Shown one piece after another: positions 38,616 through 49,200 of a DNA stretch of 64,000 bases (within the stretch, counting starts at the first letter, position 1; the number at the start of each line of letters is the position of its first letter). The notes under the pieces were generated by a model. It had not been told where the DNA came from, searched no databases, and was given only the letters and a program-made list of their open reading frames with translations. The stretch comes from a virus (lineage: Duplodnaviria; Heunggongvirae; Uroviricota; Caudoviricetes), in the IMG/VR virus record IMGVR_UViG_3300009856_000010, positions 1 to 64,000 of that record; one strand, given 5' to 3'. A program made the translations under genes and the position numbers.

Positions 38616-39074
38616 TTAGCCGAGCTCGCCACCACCCCCTCCGTTGCCGCCGCCGGAGTCGTTGCCATTGTCCTCTCCCCCGCTTCCTGTCCGGGTGAAC
38701 TCATTGTCGGTATAGATACCGATGTTGGCCACCATTTCGCGTAGCGCCTTGTTGGGCAGAAAGGTAATCTTTACCTTTTTGATACCCGCTTCGTCCGGAT
38801 TGTCGGAACTTTGGCTGCGCACTGCCGGCAGGAAAGTGCCGAACCCGTCCAGGCGAACACCATGCCCCTCGTTCAGGTACACACTCATGGCATCGACCAA
38901 CTGTGAGATGACGCTGCGGATCTGCGCTTTGTTGGTACCACTGTGCAAATGAATCTGATTGACCAGCCCCTCCGGATCCACCACCTTGCCACGATTGGCC
39001 GTGGCCACATACTTTACACGCTTATCGTCGGTAAAGTTCAACACCATTTTCTTAATCTCTACTCCAAGTGCCAT
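38616..39074 (-). CDS. HU-family DNA-binding protein with Gly-rich C-terminal tail (152 aa)
   Basis: VRLDGFGTF motif of the HU/IHF arm region. Confidence 0.5.
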   Translation of the reverse strand: MALGVEIKKMVLNFTDDKRVKYVATANRGKVVDPEGLVNQIHLHSGTNKAQIRSVISQLVDAMSVYLNEGHGVRLDGFGTFLPAVRSQSSDNPDEAGIKKVKITFLPNKALREMVANIGIYTDNEFTRTGSGGEDNGNDSGGGNGGGGGELG

Positions 39075-39222
39075 ACTGGTTCTCCTTTCTTTTAAATGAA
39101 TACTACGTCTGTGATTGACACTACAAAAATACCCCCGCCCGCCGAGCGGTATTTTCCGTTTACGGCAGGCAGGGGTACGAAACCGGTATGCAAAGGGTTG
39201 TTTATGGACCGAAATGGTATGT

Positions 39223-39435
39223 TTAGGGTTCGTCGAACGCTTCGAATATCAATGCTACCACCCGAGGGGGTAGCTCCACCCGGGAACGTGGGTCGAAACC
39301 CGAATCGGTGAGTAACTCCAGCAGTCCCGCCTTGCGGGCTATCCAGTTGTGCAGATTACGGCGGGCGGTAGAAGTCTTAGCCGTCCGGGGGAAATAGGCA
39401 TGTGCCAGTTCGGTAAAGGTATAGTGTTGGGCCAT
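39223..39435 (-). CDS. DUF4248-like small protein (start at the internal Met MAQHYTFTELA)
   Basis: Sequence MAQHYTFTELAHAYFPRTAKTSTARRNLHNWIARKAGLLELL, typical of Bacteroidales DUF4248 proteins paired with HU-like genes. The longer ORF runs to 39603 but its N-terminus is low-complexity. Confidence 0.4.
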   Translation of the reverse strand: MAQHYTFTELAHAYFPRTAKTSTARRNLHNWIARKAGLLELLTDSGFDPRSRVELPPRVVALIFEAFDEP

Positions 39436-40162
39436 AGATACAAAGATACAACGCACGGAGGGCGATGTCAATAGTTTGAGCCATTTATTTGTAAGAAGAA
39501 TTGAGAAAACGAACCGCACGGCGAAACACTTTTTCACACTTAAAATCACAGCCAAAACAGGGAAATCTTTCGTTTTCAATACGAAAGCAACCGTTTTTGT
39601 CAAACCGTACCATTGAATTGTACAGTTTTGACATTCTTTTGATAAGAGTTACAAGACTAATATTCAAAGACTTAAATATGTTTTTGTAGAATTGTTATTA
39701 TTATTAGGTAATTAATAAATAAATAAAATAATTATTTTATAATAGTGTAATGTATTTTCTGTGCAAATAGAGTACCCCGCACCCCTCTGAAAAGCCGTAT
39801 AGCAGACCCAAATTCATCCCACATATTTGCAACCTTATGATAAGTCGGATTGACGCACTTGGGCGGCGACTGTTACTTCTCTTTTTAGGGGGTATGGGGG
39901 AATCTTCTCTTCTATTAAAAAGTGCGTCAAGATTGGTTACTTTCGTGCGCACGAAAAAAAAATAGAGATAAATAGAAAGTGGCGAAATTGGTTACAAAGT
40001 TACAAATATCAAAAACAGAGATACCCCATGCGGGTAAATTGCTGTAAGTGAGCGAAAAAAGGAGAATACACCCTGCGGCATGTAGCCTACAATACCGTTA
40101 CAAAAACGGCTTCATTTTTTGTAACGGACCCGAAAAGCAATAGGAATCTCAACGATTTGAAT

Positions 40163-40216
40163 AAAAAAACACCCGCCGCAAATGTGAAATGGTATTAACA
40201 CTTTGCGGCGGGTGTT
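40163..40216 (-). terminator. rho-independent terminator downstream of dnaN (14-bp stem ACACCCGCCGCAAA / TTTGCGGCGGGTGT + T7 on the minus strand)
   Basis: Perfect 14-bp inverted repeat followed by TTTTTTT on the minus strand. Confidence 0.6.
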
Positions 40217-40243
40217 TAAATAAATGACCTTGCGGACGGGCGG

Positions 40244-41377
40244 TTAATCGTTCACCATCATCGGCATGAGCAACAATAGCATGGTATCATCGCCCTCTGC
40301 TTCGGTCATAATGCAAGCCCGTGAGGGATCGAAGAATGATAGCGTTACCTGTTCACTCTGCGCTGTATCGAGCAGCGTATTGAGGAATGTTCCTTTAAAG
40401 GCGATACGCAGCGCATCAGTAGCGTTGTGCGTGCCCGGCATGGTTTCTTCGCCGCTCATGGAGAAGTCATAGTCGTGGGCGGATAGTTTCAACGCTTCGC
40501 CTCCGGATAGGAGTTCCAGCACTACCTGACTGCTTGCTTTGTTCGACATGGATAGTACGCGCCGCAGGGCATCTTTCATCAACTTGCGGTCTGCCGTGAG
40601 GTGGATGTGGTTATCTGCCGGTATTACGCCGTTGTAGTTAGGGTACCGACCCTCTATCTGCGTACAGCTCAGGGTATAACCCTCGCCCTCTATCCGTACC
40701 CGGCGACTGTCTACGGTGAGTTTCACTTCTTCGCTCCGGGGCAGAACTTTCAGGATGTTTACGGTTTTGTGGGGCAGGATGAATCCGCCACGCTCAGCAA
40801 ACGGCAAATCGGGATGCCGACGGCGAATCAGCTTATGCCCATCGCTTGCTGCCAGCGTCAATCCATCGGGTTGCATATCTACATAGATGCCGTTCATTAC
40901 CGGGCGCAGCTCGTCATCGGCTACGTAGGGCAGGGCGCGGGTACATCCGTCCATCAGGATAGACCAGGGCATGGAAGCGCGTAGGGCGGTATCCTGCATG
41001 TCTACCTCGCCGGGGTACTCAATGGGGTCGATGGCCATAAAGGTGAATCGTCCTTGCTGGTAGCGCACTTCAACTTCCAGGTTGTTGGGGTTGATGTCGA
41101 ACGTCAGGGGTTGTTCGGGCATAGCGGATAGCATGTCCGACAGGGCTTTGGCGGGCAGGCAAAAGGCATCCATGCCGGTAGGATTGTCCTGAAGGTCAAT
41201 ATTGATCTGCATGGAGAGGTGGTTTTCCAAGTCGGATGCGGTGAACGTCCAGCGGCCTTCACCGTCCTGGCTAAACTTTACGGTGTCCAGTATGGGCAAC
41301 GTATTCTTGGGACTGATTACTTTGGCTGCTGTGGCCAATGCTCCGCGCATAGCGGAGGTGGATATTACGAATTTCAT
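40244..41377 (-). CDS. dnaN: DNA polymerase III beta subunit (sliding clamp) homologue (377 aa)
   Basis: N-terminus MKFVISTSAMRGALATAAKVISPKNTLPILDTVKF..., size and three-domain length typical of DnaN. Confidence 0.6.
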   Translation of the reverse strand: MKFVISTSAMRGALATAAKVISPKNTLPILDTVKFSQDGEGRWTFTASDLENHLSMQINIDLQDNPTGMDAFCLPAKALSDMLSAMPEQPLTFDINPNNLEVEVRYQQGRFTFMAIDPIEYPGEVDMQDTALRASMPWSILMDGCTRALPYVADDELRPVMNGIYVDMQPDGLTLAASDGHKLIRRRHPDLPFAERGGFILPHKTVNILKVLPRSEEVKLTVDSRRVRIEGEGYTLSCTQIEGRYPNYNGVIPADNHIHLTADRKLMKDALRRVLSMSNKASSQVVLELLSGGEALKLSAHDYDFSMSGEETMPGTHNATDALRIAFKGTFLNTLLDTAQSEQVTLSFFDPSRACIMTEAEGDDTMLLLLMPMMVND

Positions 41378-41622
41378 TGTTTTTCGGTTTCCTGGGGTTT
41401 TGGTTTTTCTCTCAAGGAGATGATTATCTCGCTCATTCCTTTACTGTCTTCGAGGATGATGCTTGGCTGATCCTGTGCTTTCATTACGGCAAGTGCCCAC
41501 CGGGCCATAAGCCGGGTAGCATCTGGTGGCGACAACTCTTTTGATGTGACGGGTGTGCCATCATTCTCCTTCAGGTGGAGAATGATGCGCCCGTCGGCCA
41601 TTACTTCGCTTTGTATCTTCAT
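41374..41622 (-). CDS. hypothetical protein (82 aa)
   Basis: ORF. Confidence 0.25.
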   Translation of the reverse strand: MKIQSEVMADGRIILHLKENDGTPVTSKELSPPDATRLMARWALAVMKAQDQPSIILEDSKGMSEIIISLREKPKPQETEKQ

Positions 41623-41635
41623 GCGGGGTGCGGGG

Positions 41636-42175
41636 TTAGAATGGGAGGTCGTCTCCCGGAATTACATGTCCGTTTTCGTCTACCGCTGGGGGTTTCCACT
41701 CGCCGGCAGCGGCAGCTGGTGCCTGGCCGGCAAATGCGGGGGCTTCTTTCTTCGGCATGGCAGTGAGGGTCCCGATACGCGATTTATTGCTTACGGAATA
41801 CTTGGCCTCTTTCAGTATGTCTTCTTCAGAAGGATTCTTCGCCATGTATTCGGCATCGGCACGCAAGCGTTTCTCGGCAGCGAGTTTTGCTTTATTGTCA
41901 AACGCTTCGGTGTAGGACACTTGCAGTTGATGGGTGGGCGGTTCTTGTTCGGGGTCCCGTTCCAAACATGCTTTACGGAAATTATCCTTCGTTTCCCATG
42001 CGCGGAGATTCAAGTAGGCGGCTTTGGCGTTACCTTGGTCATCGGCGGTTACTTTGATGTCGTTCCATCCGGTGGGGATTGCTACTACGGTTTGTGGTTT
42101 ACCGTTTACTTCGATTGATACTACTTTCGCACCTAATAGTTTTAATAGGTCTACGCTTCCTTTTAAATTTGCCAT
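41636..42175 (-). CDS. SSB-like protein with canonical acidic C-terminal tip ...GDDLPF (179 aa)
   Basis: Pro/Ala/Gly-rich linker followed by a DDLPF terminus as in bacterial SSB; the N-terminal domain is not a textbook OB sequence. Confidence 0.4.
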   Translation of the reverse strand: MANLKGSVDLLKLLGAKVVSIEVNGKPQTVVAIPTGWNDIKVTADDQGNAKAAYLNLRAWETKDNFRKACLERDPEQEPPTHQLQVSYTEAFDNKAKLAAEKRLRADAEYMAKNPSEEDILKEAKYSVSNKSRIGTLTAMPKKEAPAFAGQAPAAAAGEWKPPAVDENGHVIPGDDLPF

Positions 42176-42431
42176 TTGATTTGGTTTTAATGGGGTTAAT
42201 ATTGAGTTACTTAAAAATCGAGTGTATAATATCCACTATTGTCGTTATTCCGGTAACTTTGTTCCATTTGCATAAGTTGTGCTTTTGGATTCAAACCATC
42301 GTGAAACAACTATGAAAAAGGGAAATGTTCTGCTTTTAAAATAGAACTTGTCACCTAACCAATAGCCAAATCCATATCTGATGCTGAATATTTTCTTCAT
42401 TTTATCAATTTAAGAGGGGTTAATATTAAAT

Positions 42432-42623
42432 TTACTTACGTTTTATCTCATTATAAATCCGGGAGAGTAAAATAGATATTCCAATAAGTACATGGGCTAT
42501 GATTGCGAGCAATCCGTCTGTATTGCTACACCAGCCTATAGCCATTAGGAATAGAATAAATAGGCTAATGGCGATTTCTATTGGGGGTTTATGGTCTTTC
42601 ATGGGGTTTGTTGTTTTAATCAA
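42432..42623 (-). CDS. small membrane protein, 2 TM helices (63 aa)
   Basis: Two hydrophobic helices IEIAISLFILFLMAIGW and LLAIIAHVLIGISILL. Confidence 0.3.
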   Translation of the reverse strand: MIKTTNPMKDHKPPIEIAISLFILFLMAIGWCSNTDGLLAIIAHVLIGISILLSRIYNEIKRK

Positions 42624-43161
42624 ACTCTATCACTCTTTGCTTTTTCTTAATCACTACGTCATTTTTTAATAGCACCAGCCGACCATTCAATCCGCTTTCT
42701 TCTATTGCTTTGGTGTTATGTTCACCATAAGCAATTAGACAGGAACCGGCGCCGGGTCTATCACCTTTCGTTCCGTCCTGACGAAGAAACTGTATCCTTT
42801 TTCTGAAGAAGAATAATGAATCGGCTACATCAAGAACGTACTTCTGAAACCATGCCGAATCGAAACGATTATAAACAAGGGCTATCCCATTGCCATGTTC
42901 GGCTAACTTCTGCATAAATGCGGCAATCAATACTTTCTCGTAGGGAGGATTCAACCACACACGGCCGGACCATTTCTTAATCAAACCGTTGTCATCTATT
43001 GTATAGTATCTTTCTGCGGAATGGTTTATAGCAAGTGCTTTCAACGATGTGGACGGGTCCAAATCAAATCGCCCAAGGGAATGAATGATTTCGGGCGGCG
43101 TGTACCACTCGTTTGTCGCAGACTTGCCACCAGCACCGGCGGTTTGGAAATTTACGTTCAT
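42616..43161 (-). CDS. phage-type Dam DNA N6-adenine methyltransferase (181 aa)
   Basis: NPPY motif in WLNPPYEK; size and architecture of the small phage Dam family. Confidence 0.55.
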   Translation of the reverse strand: MNVNFQTAGAGGKSATNEWYTPPEIIHSLGRFDLDPSTSLKALAINHSAERYYTIDDNGLIKKWSGRVWLNPPYEKVLIAAFMQKLAEHGNGIALVYNRFDSAWFQKYVLDVADSLFFFRKRIQFLRQDGTKGDRPGAGSCLIAYGEHNTKAIEESGLNGRLVLLKNDVVIKKKQRVIEFD

Positions 43162-43181
43162 ATATCTTCTTCCTTATTTGA

Positions 43182-44018
43182 TTAATCAAACAACATCCCT
43201 GTGGATCTCGGCTCATAATTTATCCATATCACTTCCTGCACTTCACTGGATCTGATATTGTTTTTCTTTTGGGGGAATTTTATCATATTCCAATCTCCAT
43301 ATAATTCTTGCATGAGAGGGCAATCATAACTACTTATCATTGCTTTGCCTTCAATATGATGCAACCGTCTGGCCAGCTCACGATGTTGGTCTTCCGAAAA
43401 CTCATATTTGTAGTCATTGGACGAAGCACGGCATTCAAGAGGGTATGGTGGGTCAACATAGAAAAAAGCCCCGGGGAAATCTATCTTACTCAGACAATCA
43501 GAATAATCTAAATTGGTTATTTGAAAATTACTCCTGATAACATCGGCGACCTCATGCAACTTTTCTATTGCGTTGTTCCACCGTGATACAGTCTCCCCGC
43601 CTTGCGCATTTACATGTTTCTTAGCCATGTGCCAACCTTTGTTTTGATGCTGCGCACCCAGTCCGAAAAATGACTGGCGGATTCTTACATAAAATCGACG
43701 GGCCTGTTCAATAGAATCAGTAGAAGGCTCCCACGAGTTGTTGTATTCTTGTTCCGAGCAGGGTGTAAGAAGTAATAAGCGAATGAGTTCGGGTTCATGG
43801 TCTCTTAATACGGCAAAAAAGTTTGTAATATCGGCATTGATTTCATTAGCTGTTTTAATTACTCTTCCTTTATAGTTAAGAGACACAACCATACTTCCGG
43901 CAAACAAGTCTACCAAATGAGTGAAGTTGTCTGGAAAGTATTTATATAAATATTCCAGCCAGGTAAACTTACCACCGAAATAGTTGAAGGCAATTAATTT
44001 TTCTCTGTTCCCGCTCAT
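43182..44018 (-). CDS. D12-class DNA adenine methyltransferase (Dam-like, 278 aa)
   Basis: FNYFGGK motif I and FFYVDPPY motif IV. Confidence 0.65.
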   Translation of the reverse strand: MSGNREKLIAFNYFGGKFTWLEYLYKYFPDNFTHLVDLFAGSMVVSLNYKGRVIKTANEINADITNFFAVLRDHEPELIRLLLLTPCSEQEYNNSWEPSTDSIEQARRFYVRIRQSFFGLGAQHQNKGWHMAKKHVNAQGGETVSRWNNAIEKLHEVADVIRSNFQITNLDYSDCLSKIDFPGAFFYVDPPYPLECRASSNDYKYEFSEDQHRELARRLHHIEGKAMISSYDCPLMQELYGDWNMIKFPQKKNNIRSSEVQEVIWINYEPRSTGMLFD

Positions 44019-44028
44019 GGCTTATTTA

Positions 44029-44316
44029 TTAATCAAATAATGTAGGTTCATCTACTCGTTTGTTTTTCGCTTCAAGTTCTTTGCAAACGCAATCTTGGAA
44101 ACCATTAAAGTCATCCGAATCAATTAAATCAACCGTACATCCTTGTTTTACATGTTTACGCATATCTCGCTGCCACTCTGCATCTTCATAACAAAACGGC
44201 ACTCTTGCAACGGCGAATACAGCGGCGCACTTACAGGTTATTGCTTGGATTTTGGACATGGTTATTTGTTTAAAGGTTATTTGAATATCCTGTATATAAT
44301 ATCTGCTATCGCCCAC
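44029..44316 (-). CDS. hypothetical Cys-rich protein (95 aa)
   Basis: ORF. Confidence 0.25.
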   Translation of the reverse strand: MGDSRYYIQDIQITFKQITMSKIQAITCKCAAVFAVARVPFCYEDAEWQRDMRKHVKQGCTVDLIDSDDFNGFQDCVCKELEAKNKRVDEPTLFD

Positions 44317-44359
44317 CCTACTAATAAAGAAATGATAACGATTAGAAGGAGTTTCATGG

Positions 44360-44704
44360 CTACTCGCTTTTAGAATTAAGTTTCTTTATAGCAAATCTGC
44401 ATCCAGCAATAAATACATCACGTAATAGCACCGTTAAATCGGGGGATGCGTGTTGGCGTTCCGCATATTCTTGCGCTGCAACCTCCATGTCGACATTATC
44501 ACGCCAACCGAATTGCACTTCCATCTCCTTAAAGCGTAAAATCAATTCGCCTACAAGTAAGTCGTAGTCTTCGTTAGGGCGAGCAGGGACATGGCGCACA
44601 GGTACTTCTAGCGAGCGGAACATGTTGTCAGTCAGAATATCTACTTTTTTCAGTAGTTCGCTGTCAGACATGGTACATTTTCTAAAATTTACAATTCCGT
44701 TCAT
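44360..44704 (-). CDS. hypothetical protein (114 aa)
   Basis: ORF. Confidence 0.3.
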   Translation of the reverse strand: MNGIVNFRKCTMSDSELLKKVDILTDNMFRSLEVPVRHVPARPNEDYDLLVGELILRFKEMEVQFGWRDNVDMEVAAQEYAERQHASPDLTVLLRDVFIAGCRFAIKKLNSKSE

Positions 44705-44713
44705 GGTTCTTTT

Positions 44714-44956
44714 TTAAAGGTTATACAAAAAACACTTCCTAAATACCCCAACCGAGCAATAATGAATTCCCACATGCTCATCATGATTGGTTATTGGTTT
44801 ACCTGCTTCAATCCAGGCAGAATATTTTGGGCATTTATCCCTTGAATTGCAATCTTCCCAATGCGCGCCTGCGCGTCCATTACCGACATAAACACAACCT
44901 TGGCAGTAGGGTTTGTCTTTATTGGATTCGTTGAATTTTAGGGCTTCGTTGTTCAT
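44714..44956 (-). CDS. hypothetical Cys-rich small protein (80 aa)
   Basis: CQGC...CNSRDKC...C motifs. Confidence 0.25.
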   Translation of the reverse strand: MNNEALKFNESNKDKPYCQGCVYVGNGRAGAHWEDCNSRDKCPKYSAWIEAGKPITNHDEHVGIHYCSVGVFRKCFLYNL

Positions 44957-44970
44957 GTTCGTTTCCTTAT

Positions 44971-45399
44971 TTATTTAACTATAGCAATAATAGTAAGCGC
45001 TACCGCAGCCAACCAACCTAAAATTGTTAGCCCGATAAACTTCATTTTCCAATCTCGGAGCGCCTTTATTCTTCTATTGAAATAGTTTATATTTCCTATT
45101 TGCCGACCAAACCATTTTTGCATCATTTTTAATGCCCTACGCTCTACAAATGTTACGATATTGCGTTTGTCTTCTTCTTTTAATGGATATTTTCCATCCC
45201 AATTGCCGATGTAAGCAGATGCTTTGAATGTAAATTCATCTCTTACATCTTGTAGGCAGTCTAATTTCAAATGAATAGCGAAAGTGCCACGCTCCTGGTA
45301 CATTTTTAATGCGCGAGCATTAATTTCTTCTTCTGTCAATGTAGCCAATTCATTGAGTTTGTTATACTCTGTTTCTTTAAGTTGAATAATTTTTTCCAT
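44971..45399 (-). CDS. hypothetical protein with C-terminal TM anchor (142 aa)
   Basis: C-terminal segment FIGLTILGWLAAVALTIIAIV. Confidence 0.3.
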   Translation of the reverse strand: MEKIIQLKETEYNKLNELATLTEEEINARALKMYQERGTFAIHLKLDCLQDVRDEFTFKASAYIGNWDGKYPLKEEDKRNIVTFVERRALKMMQKWFGRQIGNINYFNRRIKALRDWKMKFIGLTILGWLAAVALTIIAIVK

Positions 45400-45426
45400 G
45401 GTTGATTATTATTTATATTGCTTTAA

Positions 45427-46275
45427 TTAATCTGTGCAAAATCCCGCCTGACATCCTGAACCAGTTCCAAAGAAAAAATCCAATTGTATAGGTAGTTTAC
45501 TTATTTGATAAAGATTCATATCATCTTTAAATGTATTGCCTTGCATGTATTCCGCTATGGCCGACCAATACATTATCGGTTCAGAAGTATCGAAATTCTT
45601 TCTTAATTGTTCTTTAGGTTTCCAAAAACAGTTTAGGCAGTTCGAATCTTCAGGAAAATAGATCATATCATTCTCCCAATATTTTTTTATGTGATAATGA
45701 GTAATTTTATCATCAATAAGTGGGAACTCTCCAATACGCCAATGAATTTCTTCCCACCGATTTATCCATCTACAAGATTTCTCTTGCCACTCTGCTCTAT
45801 TTGCATATTTGAAATATTCATTCAAGCGATTAGACCTTTCCAGTTCATCATACCGATATCCAATTCTCATTTTAACCGGAAGCTCATGGTATTTATACAG
45901 AAACTCAAATATGGGTTGCATTTTCAATATAGTAGTGCAAAACCTCTTCGCTCGATTGGGTATAGCCTTTTTCGTTCGAATCATATCCTCCCACCCCAAT
46001 CCACGTAGCCAGATGATTTCTCTACCAATCTTTTGTTCCAAGTCGAACATTACCCGAAGAATTTTAGGATCTTCCGATGTAGCAACAAACTCGGGATAAT
46101 GACTACAATACTTCTGTAATTTGTCATTAACCCTCTGCTTCATTTGTTTATCGATATCTCTACCGGCATTATGGCAATCAATACAGCACAACGCAAAGAC
46201 TTCAATATCCGCTGGATAATGAACAGCTATATAAGAAGAGGTTTTTCCGCCAGATAAACTATTGACTGTTTTCAT
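45427..46275 (-). CDS. PP-loop ATP pyrophosphatase, PAPS-reductase-like family (282 aa)
   Basis: SLSGGKTSS PP-loop motif near the N-terminus. Confidence 0.45.
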   Translation of the reverse strand: MKTVNSLSGGKTSSYIAVHYPADIEVFALCCIDCHNAGRDIDKQMKQRVNDKLQKYCSHYPEFVATSEDPKILRVMFDLEQKIGREIIWLRGLGWEDMIRTKKAIPNRAKRFCTTILKMQPIFEFLYKYHELPVKMRIGYRYDELERSNRLNEYFKYANRAEWQEKSCRWINRWEEIHWRIGEFPLIDDKITHYHIKKYWENDMIYFPEDSNCLNCFWKPKEQLRKNFDTSEPIMYWSAIAEYMQGNTFKDDMNLYQISKLPIQLDFFFGTGSGCQAGFCTD

Positions 46276-46289
46276 CAGTACCCTCCTAT

Positions 46290-49200
46290 TTAAAATGGCA
46301 AATCATCCGCTACCGCTTCCCCTGTCTTCGCCGGTTCACTCGTTGCTACCGTAGGCGCATTGTACCCGCCACCATAATTACCTTGTTTCCGATTGAGATG
46401 CTGCTGCCATTTCGTTTGCTGATCAAGGGTAAGCCCGGTTATCGGGTTATCATCCATATCGAGTATTGGTTCAGGATCTGGTTGGGTGTAATATTCCCGG
46501 CACAAGTCTTTAACTTCTTCAAAGGTGTTCGGTTCTTCTCCTTTCTTACAGAAGAATAGTACCTTGGTAGAATGCTTCAATACGCGGAACTCTACCTTAT
46601 CGTCTTTCTCCCACACTTTAGGGTCGCTGAAGTAAGAAACCTTGCACCACGCTTTAGTACGCATATACCTAATATCCCTGTTAGTCTTACTATTCAGACA
46701 AACATCTGGCAACATGACAAGATTGAACTCCCGGCAATAATCTTCCAACTTACCTTTGAAAGTAATCGGGGCAAACTTGTCTTTCTTATCCTCCGAACTT
46801 TCGCAGTACTCTACGTAGTCAGAGAAAATAGTGTCTAAATCAATCGGACAATTGTATATATAAGGTTTGGAGAAGAAATCTTCCACCCATTCTTTGAACG
46901 CTTTACCGAGTGATACAGTACGGCTACGTTCGTATAACATATCCATATTCGCAAGCACTTTCTCATCTGTATTCATACAGAACTGTACACCTATGGCACA
47001 GATATATGCCATTTGCGAACGGGATTTTAAGTTTATATCTTCAGGATTCTTGCGAAAGCCGGGCATAACATCGCTTATTTTTCGGTGTGCTACCTTTCTT
47101 TTCTCATCCCCACGATTAAAGCGGCTACTGAAACCGGTAAGAATGATTCGTCCAGATTCCGAAGGGCTATCTAACTTTAACTGATAGTTGCTTGTAACCA
47201 CATGTCCGGGGCTATCTTTTAAATCAACCCGAATTTCATCCTTATGCCGTTGGCGATACTGAAACCCACTGGTTACATAGTTGAACAACGGGCCTAAGTC
47301 CAGCCCCTTCCGATAATCCTCCCAGTGAATGACACGATGTTCGTGGTGCATATACTTGGCCAACAACAGGTGAAAGTCTCCATCTTTATCAATATTGCGG
47401 GCATTAATTTCCAACACCTTACCGGCACACGCCATAAACGTATTGGCAAAAGAAGATTTTCCGCTACCTCCTTCGCACTCCCCTTCTTTCTCTACCTTGT
47501 TTTCGGTGATATATGGAAAGTAGTTCGTTCCGCCGTCTTTGTACCGGAACAACGGGCGGCCAAGCGAGTAAAGCAAATTGGCCATACGGGCGCGAAGCAA
47601 TCGCTCATCCTCTTCAGAGAACTGTTCGCCTTTGCGGAGAAGATCCTCCTCTTTCTCAAAGTCCTGATTGGCAAAACAGCGGATTACTTGCAGGGGTTCC
47701 CACCACTCTTTCACTTCCTTGCCTTTGAAATCGAATATCCATTTATGAGTTTGCGACCAGGTCATCAACTCTGCCTTTTCTTTGTCAATCATGGAACGCG
47801 AGCATTCGGGATTCTCCTCCATTTCTGCAATGCGCTGTTTCCATGTTTCGTATTCCGGATTCAAGGATAATGTAAACGGTGGGTTATCTTTTCCGCATGG
47901 CATTTCAAAATCGAAAGGAAGTATCTGCGCGGTATTCACGTGGAAATCTATCTCGTTATAACTAACAAATTCAATGTTATCCGGAGTGATGCGCAGCGCA
48001 CCATTGCGGTAGAAGAAATAATCGAGCTTTGGCCCGTAACCCCTACGGTAATCTATATCCATTACAGGAAGGGTTACGGCTGTCTTTTCGTTAATGTCCT
48101 TGGCAGGCAGGATCGCGTTGGACATCTTGCGGAAATCTTCTGTTCCCGGACGGGCAATACGTTGGGCAAAACCAACCAACGTTTCCAGCGTGGCCGCCAA
48201 TATGGATTTATTGTCGAAGTAGCTAACGAAGCAACGGTCTATGCGGGCATATTTACCGATACGGTCGGCCGAACCGGATTCCACTTCGCGGCAATAGCCT
48301 TCGGTGGCCATGAACTGCCAGATACAAGCGAGGTCTAACTTGTAGAAGTATTCCAGCATCTTGTTTGTCTTCTTATCCCGCTTTTCGCTATAAATCAGCG
48401 GTTGGTTGGGCAGAGCTGCGGTGAGTTTAGATAAGAGCATCAGGTTGATGTCTTTGTCGTAGGCACCTTGCTCATCCTCCGTCAGGTTGTAGTTCATAAA
48501 GAACGAACGGATATCCCGGCAGGGTATATGTTGCCCACCAACGAACATAGCTGGGCTTTCTTTCAATACTTCCGGCAGCAAGGCCATGCGGAAGTCGTTA
48601 AAGCGCTTACAGATTTGAAAGGCTTTTTTCTTCCCCATGTTATCTATGTCGAACATCAGAAACTTGTTCGTGCCCAACTTTTTTAGTTGGGCAAACATAT
48701 AGGGTTCAAAGTTCTGCATGTTATCGGCCATCCATACCACGTGATAAAATATCTTCTCCAAATTTGGATTGTAGGAATGGGTGTGTCGAATACTGTTCAG
48801 GTGATAGTAGGCGTTTATGGCGTTTATTCCGTCTTTGCAGAGCAAAATGTTCTCTACGCGGATGTCTTCGTCGTCAAGGTCGGCTTCCATTTCTACCTGA
48901 TCTTTTCCCTCTCCTACTGTTTTAATATATGTTGTTGTGAGTTGCTCTCCTGTTTTTTGTGATTTTACGGCGTGTACCGGCAAATCTCCACCGAACACCT
49001 TGTTACTCACCATGTCGCCAAGTAGTTTACGATTGACACTGTATTCGGTTAACCCGTCTCTGTAAAAGAAGAAGTTTGCCCGCCCTGTAGTATCTCCATC
49101 GTGCCAATTGGGCTGAAAGATTTGCCCCCATTGTGCTTTCTTCTTTTTGGGAGACTCCTCATAATATACAAAGGCAAAAATGGGGAATAACGCATGTGAT

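Noticed and set aside
39240-39300. GGGTCGAAACCC, a tRNA T-arm-like sequence.
   Set aside because: It lies inside the DUF4248-like CDS and no acceptor or anticodon arms can be built around it; no convincing tRNA elsewhere.
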